A DNA stretch of 64,000 bases, taken from the NCBI RefSeq assembly GCF_000189555.1, contig NC_017276.1; one strand, written 5' to 3'. How positions within the stretch are numbered: position 1 is the stretch's first letter; the number at the start of each line of letters is the position of its first letter. The stretch comes from Saccharolobus islandicus REY15A (lineage in GTDB: Archaea; Thermoproteota; Thermoprotei_A; Sulfolobales; Sulfolobaceae). The notes below the pieces were generated by a model, which ran no database searches, was not told the origin of the DNA, and saw only the letters and a list, made by a program, of their open reading frames with translations. The translations under genes were made by a program, and so were the position numbers. Below are positions 32,768 to 42,349 of the stretch, one piece after another.

Positions 32768-33816
32768 CGAATTTACCCGCTGAAGCCAAGGCTAAATGGC
32801 TAAAGGTGATGGACGCAAAGACACCAGAGGAGAAATTCCAAGCTTTGCAGGAATTTCTTAAGGAAGTTCCTAAACATAAGGGAACCGAAAATCTGGTATA
32901 TTGGGCTAAGAGGCGAATGGCCGAATTAAGAGAAGAAATGGAGGTAAGAAAGAGCAAGAAAAGCGGAGGTTTTTCGTTATTTGTTGAGAAAGAGGGTGCG
33001 GGTCAAGCGATTTTGATAGGAGATTTGCTCCTAAGATCCTTAATAATGAAAAAACTTACCAACGTAAAACAAGAATTCAACGAGTTACCAGTGCCTGGCA
33101 TGGTTAAATATGAGGATGTTCAAATACAGTTGGTTAACCCACCTAAGAGTCTTCCGCTCACTAAGACAATAGGTCTAATAAGGAATGCGGATGAGGTAAT
33201 TATTGTTGTAAACAATAAGGAAGAACTATCCTTTATGAGGAATATTTTGGAGGAGAATAATATCTTATTGAGAAAACCTAAGGGGAGGGTTATAATAGAG
33301 AGAACAAGGTATGGAATCTCTGGAATTAGGATAGTAAATTTAGGTAAACTGGTGGACGTCGATGAAAAAACCGTAAGGGATTATATAGAGAGTTTTGGGA
33401 TTAAATCAGCAATAGTGAAGATCATAGGTGAGGTTGCCTTAGATGATATAGAGAAATCCATGTTCGAAGCAGTTAGCTATAAGCCTACAGTAGTAATCTC
33501 TAAGGAAAGGTTTGATACTGGCGAGTTACCAATATTGAGTATTGATCATATAGATAAGTTACCTAAGCTTCTGTTTGAGATGTTAGAGGTGATCAGAATT
33601 TACACTAAGGAGCCTGGGGAAGAATCAACTAAGGATCCTTTGATACTTAAAAAAGGTTCCACTGTTCTAGACGTAGCAAGGAAACTACATTCGTCATTGG
33701 CTGAAAATTTTAGATATGCCAGGGTTTGGGGAAAGTCGGTAAAGTTCCAGGGACAGAAAGTAGGCCCCTCACATGTTCTAGAAGATAAAGACATAGTTGA
33801 GATCCATGCAAAGTAG
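32761..33816 (+). CDS. DRG/OBG-family protein with TGS domain and eroded GTPase motifs
   Basis: VPKHKGTE, KEGAGQ, VPGM..YEDVQIQLV and C-terminal TGS are DRG-like; G1-G4 motifs are lost. Confidence 0.85.
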   Translation: MVTNLPAEAKAKWLKVMDAKTPEEKFQALQEFLKEVPKHKGTENLVYWAKRRMAELREEMEVRKSKKSGGFSLFVEKEGAGQAILIGDLLLRSLIMKKLTNVKQEFNELPVPGMVKYEDVQIQLVNPPKSLPLTKTIGLIRNADEVIIVVNNKEELSFMRNILEENNILLRKPKGRVIIERTRYGISGIRIVNLGKLVDVDEKTVRDYIESFGIKSAIVKIIGEVALDDIEKSMFEAVSYKPTVVISKERFDTGELPILSIDHIDKLPKLLFEMLEVIRIYTKEPGEESTKDPLILKKGSTVLDVARKLHSSLAENFRYARVWGKSVKFQGQKVGPSHVLEDKDIVEIHAK

Positions 33817-33865
33817 AATTTTCTATATAAATTTAAGTATAGGTTTCTGAGAAAGTAACAATAGG

Positions 33866-35716
33866 ATGAGTATATTTAATAGGCGTAATAACAAACAATC
33901 TCTCAACAATCAAGGCCCATCTAAAATTGAATTATTATTTTACAATTCCAGTATTATCAATGGTTTAGTTAAAAGCGTGAATATGAAAATCAAAAAAGCT
34001 GGTATAAGTCAAGATCCTCGCTTATTTGCATCTAGGCTATTTCTTGCTCTGATACTTTCAATTGCCATTTCAGCGCTATTAATAGCGTTTTCTATTAGGT
34101 TCTTTGAGCTATATAGATTGACATTGCTTACAAAATATTTGGCAGGGTTTTTAACATTGATAATATTCGGTGTAATAATACCGCCTGTTGTTTATTTGAT
34201 GCAAATTCTTCAATTATCTCAATCAACTGAGAATAGAAGAATAGGTCTTGATAGTGAAGCTCCAGCATTCGCTGCAGTATTTAACGTTTTCTTAAGATCT
34301 GGTCTAAGTGCAAGATACGTTTTCGACTACTTATCTAAATCCACAGCAATGCGCTACGCTAGTCAAATCGCCTCATATGTCAATAAGAGAGTTAAATATC
34401 TAGGAGAAGGTGTAGAAAGCGCAATAGTGGAATCATTAAACTATTCACCTTCGAAAGTATTTAATGAGTTTTTAATAACTTACGTTACTGCTGTAAGAAC
34501 CGGAGCTCCAGTTCTAGATACAATGGAAGCTAAGACTAAAGATATTCTAAAGAATATAGAAACTTTAGCTTCTACTGCTGCAGAAAACTTGTCCGGAATT
34601 GCTGAGGGTTTTGTAATTTGGCTTTCCTCCGGTTTCATAACATTCTTTCTGGTTTTATTGTTACAAGCAATATTTCCATCTCTCTTTGGTTCAGTCCCAT
34701 TTCCTATAATGGCTATTTTCGCAATAATTATGATACCATTGATAAATCTACTATTCATATGGGTTGTAGATCAAACCCAATTTAGATTTCCAGAGAGGTC
34801 ATTAAAAGCGTACAAGGTATTTTATATTACCTTCCCCTTAGGGATAGTTATATCATTTATCGTACTATATTTAATAAAGGACCCAATTCCTCTTCTTTTA
34901 TACCTACTATTTTTGAATGGTGGTGTACAGCAAATACCATTATCCGTATCAACATTTACAATAGGTCTATTAATAGCTGTCATACCTCCAGCAGTAATTG
35001 CAATTAGGGAATTGAGGGAAGGTACAGGATATGACGTCTATGTCGTTTCTTTTCTAAGGGCTGTTGCTGAGGGGCTTAGAGCCGGGTTAAATCCAGCTAC
35101 TGTAGTTAAAAACTTAAAGGATTCCCCTGAAATGGGAAAGTTCAGAGATATACTGAATACCATTTACGCTTATTCTTTGTTAGGTGTCCCTATAAAGGAC
35201 GCCTTTAAGATAGCCTCAGAGAGAATATTGGACTTTTCTAGTAGAGTTTCCTTAATTTCATTAGCGGATATGATAGAAATTGGTAGTTTGACACCAGAGA
35301 CAGTTGAGTCATTAGCAGAACAAGTTGATGCTCAAATAAGGATAAGGAGAAACTATAACGCCAAAATAAGAGTGTTACTATATGCACCGTATATAGGAAT
35401 TATTTTAGCCTTAGTAGCGTCTATCCTATTGGGTAACGCTATGTTTACTTTAATATCTCACCAATCTTATTCTTTATCTTATGGACCATTGTCCAATGCT
35501 ACTGTGATCTTGCCCAAATCTCTCTATGTAATCTCTATTTCGGCACTCTTTAATTCGTTTTTGGCTGGATTGCTAGTAGGGAAATTAGGCTATGGCAAAA
35601 CGGCAGCTGGCTTTATTCATTCGGCGATTTTAGTAGTTATAACTGCTATCTTAGTTGTCATATCATTACATATATCTCTAATACCTTCTATATCTCCTTC
35701 GTCAACATCTTTATAA
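33866..35716 (+). CDS. aapF: Type IV pilus assembly platform membrane protein (T2SS F family)
   Basis: Two TadC/GspF-like repeats with multiple TM segments; directly upstream of the secretion ATPase. Confidence 0.85.
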   Translation: MSIFNRRNNKQSLNNQGPSKIELLFYNSSIINGLVKSVNMKIKKAGISQDPRLFASRLFLALILSIAISALLIAFSIRFFELYRLTLLTKYLAGFLTLIIFGVIIPPVVYLMQILQLSQSTENRRIGLDSEAPAFAAVFNVFLRSGLSARYVFDYLSKSTAMRYASQIASYVNKRVKYLGEGVESAIVESLNYSPSKVFNEFLITYVTAVRTGAPVLDTMEAKTKDILKNIETLASTAAENLSGIAEGFVIWLSSGFITFFLVLLLQAIFPSLFGSVPFPIMAIFAIIMIPLINLLFIWVVDQTQFRFPERSLKAYKVFYITFPLGIVISFIVLYLIKDPIPLLLYLLFLNGGVQQIPLSVSTFTIGLLIAVIPPAVIAIRELREGTGYDVYVVSFLRAVAEGLRAGLNPATVVKNLKDSPEMGKFRDILNTIYAYSLLGVPIKDAFKIASERILDFSSRVSLISLADMIEIGSLTPETVESLAEQVDAQIRIRRNYNAKIRVLLYAPYIGIILALVASILLGNAMFTLISHQSYSLSYGPLSNATVILPKSLYVISISALFNSFLAGLLVGKLGYGKTAAGFIHSAILVVITAILVVISLHISLIPSISPSSTSL

Positions 35717-35739
35717 TCTAGATGGAGAAGTGATATATA

Positions 35740-37473
35740 ATGAGTAAAATTTTTAAATCTCTCTTGCCAAAAGGCAAACCCACCGTTAAGCAATTGCCTA
35801 TAGCAGAGTTGCCTATAACACTCTATCCAGTTAGCCCTTTTCCAGAAGAGGTAACTACAATTGTTGCAGACTACGAAGTAAATATACTAAGCTTAGCCCC
35901 AGAGGATGTCAAGTCCAATATAGTTCGAAATAATATAGAGTTAGTATTGCCGAATCCTCACATCTTTATTACCTTTGATGAAAGGAAGGGCATATACAAA
36001 TACGTTTTATTGGAACCACCAGTAAATGATACTATTTACACCATGTATAATATATTCATAGAAGAGGTAGAGAGAGAATTACTTTCCAAAACACCCTCGC
36101 TTGACCTTGCGAAAATTATATTCGAACTTAATAAGAAAAGATCTAATCTTAATATCATCCAAGAGAAAAGGGGAGATATACACATACTAAGTACAAACGC
36201 AAGAGTTACGTTATATTACCTATTAAGGAACATGTTCGGATACAATGTATTAACTTCACTCGTTGCTGATAAGAACATTGAAGATATTTCCGTTTCTGGT
36301 CTGAATAATCCAGTTTATGTATATCATAGAAGTTACGAATACGTTCCAACTAACATTATGTTTACTAAGAACATGCAGATATCTCCGCAACTTAATATTA
36401 CAATAGATGGTGAGGAGTTACTAGATCAATTAGTCCTAAGAATGCTCTCAACCACCGGTAAGTCAATTTCAGTTGCCGAACCGATACAAGATGGTATGTT
36501 ACCAAATGGCGATAGGATTGCCGCAACATTCAGACGTGAAGTATCAGCAAGTGGTTCTTCAGTAGTGATACGAAGATTTAGTGAAAGGCCCATCACAATA
36601 CTAGATTTAATCAATTCCAGCACCTTATCTCCAGAGTTGGCCGCATATCTATGGTATGGAATGGATCTGAGGATGAGTATCATGTCAATAGGAGTTACTG
36701 GTGCTGGAAAGACCACTTTGCTTAATGCAGTTCTGAATCTAGTTAAAGAGAGCATGAAGATTGTCTCTATAGAAGATATTCCGGAAATCAGATTAGCACA
36801 TACTAATTGGGTTCAACTTTACGCTAGACCAGCATATGCAGGAGTAGGCAAAGAGATTTCATTAATGGATTTGCTAAAATTATCCCTCAGATATAGGCCA
36901 GATATAATAGTGGTAGGTGAGATAAGAGGACAAGAGGCTTACGTATTATTTCAAGCAATATCAACTGGACACGGTGGTGCTACGACATTCCACGCGTATA
37001 ATACTGACTCTGCAATAAAGAGGCTTATGAATGAGCCCCTTAACATTCCACAAGAGTGGATACCTATGATGAACATAATGATGACAATTAGGAGGTTACC
37101 AGTATATGTAGGCGAGAAGATCGTTCTAAGGAGACGTGTTGTGGCAGTCGATGAAATAGTTAGTTGGAATGATTATAGAAGGGTCTCGAGTTGGGATCCG
37201 AAAAGTGACACATTTACAATCAATCTTGACTCTGCCAGAGTATTAAAAAATAGAATAGAAGAAGCTGGCCTTAGTATAGATGATGTTAAGAGAGAGATGG
37301 AGAGGAGAGCATTATTCCTAAAATTATTAGCGTCTTCCAGGGAGATAATACAGAGTGAGGAGAGTTATAAGCTTGTGAAGAACTATATAATAAAGTATAG
37401 TTTAAAGCCAGAAGAAGCCCTAAAAGAAGTTCAATCAATGGCCAAGACAAAAGCTATAGAATTAAAAGAATAA
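35740..37473 (+). CDS. aapE: Type IV pilus assembly ATPase (VirB11/FlaI-like)
   Basis: GVTGAGKT Walker A, SIEDIPE, RYRPDIIVVGEIRG and TGHG..TFHA motifs. Confidence 0.9.
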   Translation: MSKIFKSLLPKGKPTVKQLPIAELPITLYPVSPFPEEVTTIVADYEVNILSLAPEDVKSNIVRNNIELVLPNPHIFITFDERKGIYKYVLLEPPVNDTIYTMYNIFIEEVERELLSKTPSLDLAKIIFELNKKRSNLNIIQEKRGDIHILSTNARVTLYYLLRNMFGYNVLTSLVADKNIEDISVSGLNNPVYVYHRSYEYVPTNIMFTKNMQISPQLNITIDGEELLDQLVLRMLSTTGKSISVAEPIQDGMLPNGDRIAATFRREVSASGSSVVIRRFSERPITILDLINSSTLSPELAAYLWYGMDLRMSIMSIGVTGAGKTTLLNAVLNLVKESMKIVSIEDIPEIRLAHTNWVQLYARPAYAGVGKEISLMDLLKLSLRYRPDIIVVGEIRGQEAYVLFQAISTGHGGATTFHAYNTDSAIKRLMNEPLNIPQEWIPMMNIMMTIRRLPVYVGEKIVLRRRVVAVDEIVSWNDYRRVSSWDPKSDTFTINLDSARVLKNRIEEAGLSIDDVKREMERRALFLKLLASSREIIQSEESYKLVKNYIIKYSLKPEEALKEVQSMAKTKAIELKE

Positions 37474-38734
37474 TTGAAACCAAGATTAACAATAAAGATG
37501 AAAGGGTGTTATTGAAAAGACTATTAACATATGCCATAATTGCGAGAATAACTCCCAATATTTTTATACTCAAGATTTCTTCTTCTTTTACAATGTGGTT
37601 TTTAGGAGTGACTTTCCATTTGAACCTTACTTTAAATACTCCTTGAACGTAACCTATAAGGGAAGCGATTACGGTTACAATCCCACTTCTATATCCATCC
37701 TTAGGTTTTATTAGAGTTATATAAATTCCATTTGAGACCAGTATTGGGATCAGTGAGCTAAAGACGTACAGATAGTTTATATTTAATGTAAACTGAAGGG
37801 AAATAACAATCAAAAATACTAATAGATATAAGGGGTACAATCCCCATTGTTGAGAATAAATAAATCCCTCAACTCCCTTTACTCCTAATTTAAACAGTCT
37901 CATGCTGTAGGCGAGCAATTCTCCAGAGCCATAAGCCCATCTTTTAATTTGGTTATATAAATCAGTTAGGGTATAAGGGGCTAAGGTATAAACTACAATA
38001 TCATCAACATATTTCACTCTAATACCATTTAGAGCAAGTCTAATACCTAGCTCTAAATCTTCCGCTACACTATTTTCTTTCCATCCGCCTACTTTCCTTA
38101 AAATATCTCTCCTTATTGCAAATGCTGAACCATTTGCAAAAATTATTAGGCCTAACTTCTCTCTGGCCTTAAATAATGCATTCATTACGAATTCATTAGT
38201 GTGAGAGTATATTTTTTGGACTGGTGTGACAGGATCTCTAACTTTTAGCCTAAACGCAGCAGCATCGTAATTAAGTTTAGAAATTTTACGTAAAAAGTTC
38301 TTTTCTACTCTGGCTTCAGCGTCAAGAAACACTAACAATTCCCCATCAGAAAGGTTAAAGGCAAAGTTTAGTGCTCCAGCTTTTCTTCCCATATTTTCTG
38401 GTCTCCTTATAATTACGAAATTCTCTGGAATTCTATCTACAACTTTCATGATTTTTTCAAAATTTTCCAACGAATCATCAGAAATTATTATAACTCTGTA
38501 AGGTCTGTAGTCCAATTCCGATAAATTATCGATTAACTCTTTTATCGTTCTCTCGTTCTCGTCCTTTATCGCGACTATTATATCTATTTTCTCATTAGAC
38601 TTGTTTCTATCATTACCCAATACTTGTACTAAATTTTCATTGGAAACTTTATAGTAAAATGCTTGAAGAAGTATCCATAAAGATGTAATAGAGGAGGATA
38701 TAAAAAGTAAAATTTCAAAAATTTCCCTTATCAT
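37454..38734 (-). CDS. GT2-family membrane glycosyltransferase (cellulose synthase-like)
   Basis: [18 protein letters not shown] and QIKRW (QxxRW) motifs plus TM helices. Confidence 0.92.
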   Translation of the reverse strand: MIREIFEILLFISSSITSLWILLQAFYYKVSNENLVQVLGNDRNKSNEKIDIIVAIKDENERTIKELIDNLSELDYRPYRVIIISDDSLENFEKIMKVVDRIPENFVIIRRPENMGRKAGALNFAFNLSDGELLVFLDAEARVEKNFLRKISKLNYDAAAFRLKVRDPVTPVQKIYSHTNEFVMNALFKAREKLGLIIFANGSAFAIRRDILRKVGGWKENSVAEDLELGIRLALNGIRVKYVDDIVVYTLAPYTLTDLYNQIKRWAYGSGELLAYSMRLFKLGVKGVEGFIYSQQWGLYPLYLLVFLIVISLQFTLNINYLYVFSSLIPILVSNGIYITLIKPKDGYRSGIVTVIASLIGYVQGVFKVRFKWKVTPKNHIVKEEEILSIKILGVILAIMAYVNSLFNNTLSSLLLILVSIILLIL

Positions 38735-39249
38735 CCTTGTTTCTTTCTGTCAATTGCTTTTTTAATTCTTTCCTTAGCCTCAGCTACGCCTCCCCATCCA
38801 CTTATTTTTACCCATTTATTTGGTTCCAGTTCTTTATAGTGCTCAAAGAAATGTACAATCTTATTCCTTGTAGCCTCTGGAAGATCTTTAACATCGTTAA
38901 TATTAGAAAATGAAGGGTCTGTCTTATTTCTTGGCACTGCTATTACCTTGGCGTCTTCACCTTCCTCATCCCTCATGTAAATCATTCCTATAGGTCTTGC
39001 TTCTATTACTGTACCCGGCATTAATGAGTAATTCCCTAGAACTAATACGTCTAAGGGATCCCCATCTTCTTCTAAAGTCTCTGGAATAAAACCATAATTA
39101 AATGGATATACCATTGACGTATATAACACTCTATCTACTTTAATAACCTCTCCCTCTTCATCATATTCGTATTTAATGTTTGAACCCATAGGTATTTCTA
39201 TGAACACATTTACCTCATCTGGGGCTTTTTTCCCCGGACCTAACTTCAT
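38731..39249 (-). CDS. ppa: Inorganic pyrophosphatase
   Basis: KYEYD, YPFNYG and DGDPLDV motifs. Confidence 0.98.
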   Translation of the reverse strand: MKLGPGKKAPDEVNVFIEIPMGSNIKYEYDEEGEVIKVDRVLYTSMVYPFNYGFIPETLEEDGDPLDVLVLGNYSLMPGTVIEARPIGMIYMRDEEGEDAKVIAVPRNKTDPSFSNINDVKDLPEATRNKIVHFFEHYKELEPNKWVKISGWGGVAEAKERIKKAIDRKKQG

Positions 39250-39276
39250 ATCCTTTCACTGTTTATTATTTTGGAG

Positions 39277-39813
39277 TCATCTATTTAAACTATTCATTAT
39301 TTTAATAACCAGTTCTCTTATCTGATTCAAAGGCTCTATGGAAAGTAATTTATCTATTTCCTCTGCGTAACTTGAGATTATCTCATCAACATTAAATCCG
39401 ATTCTCTTGTATCTTAATCCTTGTAAATATGTTGAAAGCCTATCTGATAACTTAGCTACTTTAGCCTCATTAGTCTTTAACTCCCTAAGTTCAAGGAAAA
39501 AATCCTTTCCTATCCCCAATTCGTCAAATGCCTCCACTTCAGCTTCCCTTTTATTAATTCTATTAGTAGCCCACTTTGGTAAATCTCCTAGTAAAGTCTC
39601 CCCTGCATCATGAAATAGGGCAATAACTGCACTATGTTCTGGATCGATTTCAACTCCTTTTCTCTTAAGCTCGGTGGAAAGTACATAGGCCAAGACTGAC
39701 GCTTCGAAACTATGTGAAGCCACTGTTTCCCCCATTGCTGATGGGATCCCATTCTGCATCCAACCAGTTCTAACTAAATTTTTAGCGCCTTCTAACAATC
39801 TCTCTAGTTTCAT
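39277..39813 (-). CDS. HD-domain hydrolase (YfbR/5'-deoxynucleotidase-like)
   Basis: RTGW, ETVASHS, FHD and GDLP motifs. Confidence 0.9.
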   Translation of the reverse strand: MKLERLLEGAKNLVRTGWMQNGIPSAMGETVASHSFEASVLAYVLSTELKRKGVEIDPEHSAVIALFHDAGETLLGDLPKWATNRINKREAEVEAFDELGIGKDFFLELRELKTNEAKVAKLSDRLSTYLQGLRYKRIGFNVDEIISSYAEEIDKLLSIEPLNQIRELVIKIMNSLNR

Positions 39814-39830
39814 CTTAAATTAAAATGAAG

Positions 39831-41165
39831 CTACAGCATTTTTAATAAGTTATCTAAAGCTTCTATCATCTCCTCCATATTTTTTGTCCAAAATCTAATC
39901 ATTGCCTCCTTTCCCTTGGTACCTTTATCGTAAATTACATTAGGTATCCTAACGTATTCACCACTTATATACTCAATAATCCACTGCATCGTCTTTCCTT
40001 CTCCATGACTAGGTTCCAATTCCCTATTAATCTCAACAGTTTCATAGCCAATTTCCTTAAAACTCTCAACTATCTTATCGTCGTATCTAATGTTCATTAA
40101 GCAAGTACTATTCATTCCCTTGAGAATAATTGATAATAACATTCTGGCTGTATGGGTCGGATTTCCAAATACGACGGGATGACCAACAATTACCTTTTTA
40201 TCCCACCTCCTTATTATTCTACCTCTAAATGTAGCAATGTCGTTTAGATCCCTAACGTATTCTGGTTTTATACTGTGTGCTAGATTCGATTGTACTTCGG
40301 GTATTAAAATCCAGAATTTCTCGTTATTTTCAGCAAACTCTGCAAATCTTCTCATCTCCTCAACTACTTCATATTTCATAGACTTCTTCATGATCTCAAT
40401 ACTTACGTTAACTGGTCCTACACCTTTCCCTATATTAAGTCCATATTCTATTGGGGATTGAACAAAATCTCTTGCTTTCCTAAAGGCCAATTTTACATCC
40501 TTCGTCTTTATATATTCTGCAGTAAACGCAGTTGCAAATACGCTGCCAGTACCATGTGTGTCTTTTGCTTGTATCCTGTGATAACCTATCTTATATACTC
40601 CCTCTTCATTACACATGTAATCGAAGCTAAAATCTCCCTTACTATGGCCTCCCTTAATTATTACGTGAGCAATATTGTAAGTCTCCCTTATCTTTTTACA
40701 TGCAATAACTACATCACTTTCCTTTTCTACCTTAATACCGCTAATTGCAGATGCTTCTATTATGTTTGGTGCTATTACCTTAGCGATGGGTAAAATTATC
40801 TTCTTGTAATCTTCAACGTCTTTAATTAGTGGGGTTCCATCCTTTGCATACAGTACTGGGTCTACTACTAAAAAAGAATCGTGTAATAATTCATTCACAA
40901 CTTGAAACTGTTCTTTGGTATATATCATTCCCATCTTAACAGCTTCGACATTGAAATCATCAAGTAATGTTTCTATCTGTTTTTTAAGGAATTCAGAGCT
41001 AACAACATTAATATCTTTTATACCTTTTGTACTTTGAGCTGTTATTGCAGTAATTGCAAAAACTCCGTGAATTCCTAATACTTCAAAAACTCTTAGATCA
41101 GTCTCTCCTCCTGCTCCATTACCAGTATCTAATCCAGCTACGGTCATTCCAACTGGTTTAATCAT
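39831..41165 (-). CDS. thiDN: Bifunctional HMP(-P) kinase / thiamine-phosphate synthase (ThiD-ThiN)
   Basis: [20 protein letters not shown] and THGTG ThiD motifs plus IPEVQSNLA and GKEAMI ThiN motifs; start moved to ATG41165 (ATGA overlap). Confidence 0.92.
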   Translation of the reverse strand: MIKPVGMTVAGLDTGNGAGGETDLRVFEVLGIHGVFAITAITAQSTKGIKDINVVSSEFLKKQIETLLDDFNVEAVKMGMIYTKEQFQVVNELLHDSFLVVDPVLYAKDGTPLIKDVEDYKKIILPIAKVIAPNIIEASAISGIKVEKESDVVIACKKIRETYNIAHVIIKGGHSKGDFSFDYMCNEEGVYKIGYHRIQAKDTHGTGSVFATAFTAEYIKTKDVKLAFRKARDFVQSPIEYGLNIGKGVGPVNVSIEIMKKSMKYEVVEEMRRFAEFAENNEKFWILIPEVQSNLAHSIKPEYVRDLNDIATFRGRIIRRWDKKVIVGHPVVFGNPTHTARMLLSIILKGMNSTCLMNIRYDDKIVESFKEIGYETVEINRELEPSHGEGKTMQWIIEYISGEYVRIPNVIYDKGTKGKEAMIRFWTKNMEEMIEALDNLLKML

Positions 41166-41857
41166 TGCTTTTTCACTCTCGTATTTCCAGCTACTACCCA
41201 ATATTCTCCATCATCTCTTATTTCCAATTTCCAAATTCCAGTGCTATGTTTAACCAATTCCAATGTTTCTTTCACCGCATCTATGGCATCTTTTCTTCCC
41301 TTGCCTAGGGCCATTATAAGTAAGACATTCTCTCCAGGTTTCATGGACTCTATTACATGTATTATCTCAAGGTCAATCAAGTCACTATATTTCCTCTTCA
41401 TTTCTTCTTTTATTTCTAGAAACCTCTTCCTGGTGTACTCTTCATAAGCTTCGTATCTCAGTTCTAAGACTTTGTGATTGTCTACTATACCTTTAACAAA
41501 ACCTACATAAACAACTAAAGAGCCTGCTTCCGGAGGGGCTTTTTCTCTGAATTTCCTAATTTCCTCAAGTAAGTCGAATCTTTTCCCTATAATTAAATCT
41601 CCACCAGAAGGTGGTGGTAATAGTGCTACCTCATCTCCATCTTTAATATTCTTAGTTGATGCTGAACCATTTACCAAAATTGAAACTTTTATCCCGTTTA
41701 TTCCGTTTTTCAAGAAGTTTACTAATTCATTTCCGTACATTTTACCTAGTTGTTCAATGAGGCAGCCAACGTCTTCACACTCAGTTTCCAATACTTCATT
41801 CGACTTATGGGTTATATCTTTAATGAATGCAAAATAGAGAACTTTCACTTTTTTCAT
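41162..41857 (-). CDS. moaDE: Fused molybdopterin synthase MoaD-MoaE
   Basis: Ubiquitin-like N-domain ending LLPPPSGG followed by a MoaE domain (LRYEAYE, IWKLE). Confidence 0.93.
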   Translation of the reverse strand: MKKVKVLYFAFIKDITHKSNEVLETECEDVGCLIEQLGKMYGNELVNFLKNGINGIKVSILVNGSASTKNIKDGDEVALLPPPSGGDLIIGKRFDLLEEIRKFREKAPPEAGSLVVYVGFVKGIVDNHKVLELRYEAYEEYTRKRFLEIKEEMKRKYSDLIDLEIIHVIESMKPGENVLLIMALGKGRKDAIDAVKETLELVKHSTGIWKLEIRDDGEYWVVAGNTRVKKQ

Positions 41858-41893
41858 ACACTCACCATTATTAATTTTTAATCCTTAGTTAGT

Positions 41894-42349
41894 ATGAGTG
41901 AAGACGAGATAATAGATTTAATATTCAATAATCAACGTGATATAAGGCAAGGTACAGCGATTAGGAAGGAAAACAATGAAGTTCTAAACAAATTAAATGA
42001 GATAGAGAAGCTTCTACAATATCTAATTAAGAGTAAAGAAAGAGGAGTTCAGCAAAACGGGAGTTTATGTGAACAAATTCTTTCATCAGCCTATGTTATT
42101 CTTGATGAAAGTATTGGAAACATAAGCAGAAATTACTATATAGTTGAGCTAGATAGTTCAAGAAAATTTATAACATTCAGAGATACAATAGAACTTCTCA
42201 ACTTTTACTTTTCTCAAAATATAAATGAGCAAGATTTGGAAGATAAGCTTCCTAAAAGGCTTGTTCCGCTATTTAGATTCATGAGAAGAAATGGGTTAAT
42301 ATATTTTGGCTACGATGAGAAACGATATTTTATTGTTGATTATAAGTAA
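41894..42349 (+). CDS. Hypothetical protein
   Basis: 151-aa ORF divergent from moaDE; N-terminal coiled coil. Confidence 0.75.
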   Translation: MSEDEIIDLIFNNQRDIRQGTAIRKENNEVLNKLNEIEKLLQYLIKSKERGVQQNGSLCEQILSSAYVILDESIGNISRNYYIVELDSSRKFITFRDTIELLNFYFSQNINEQDLEDKLPKRLVPLFRFMRRNGLIYFGYDEKRYFIVDYK

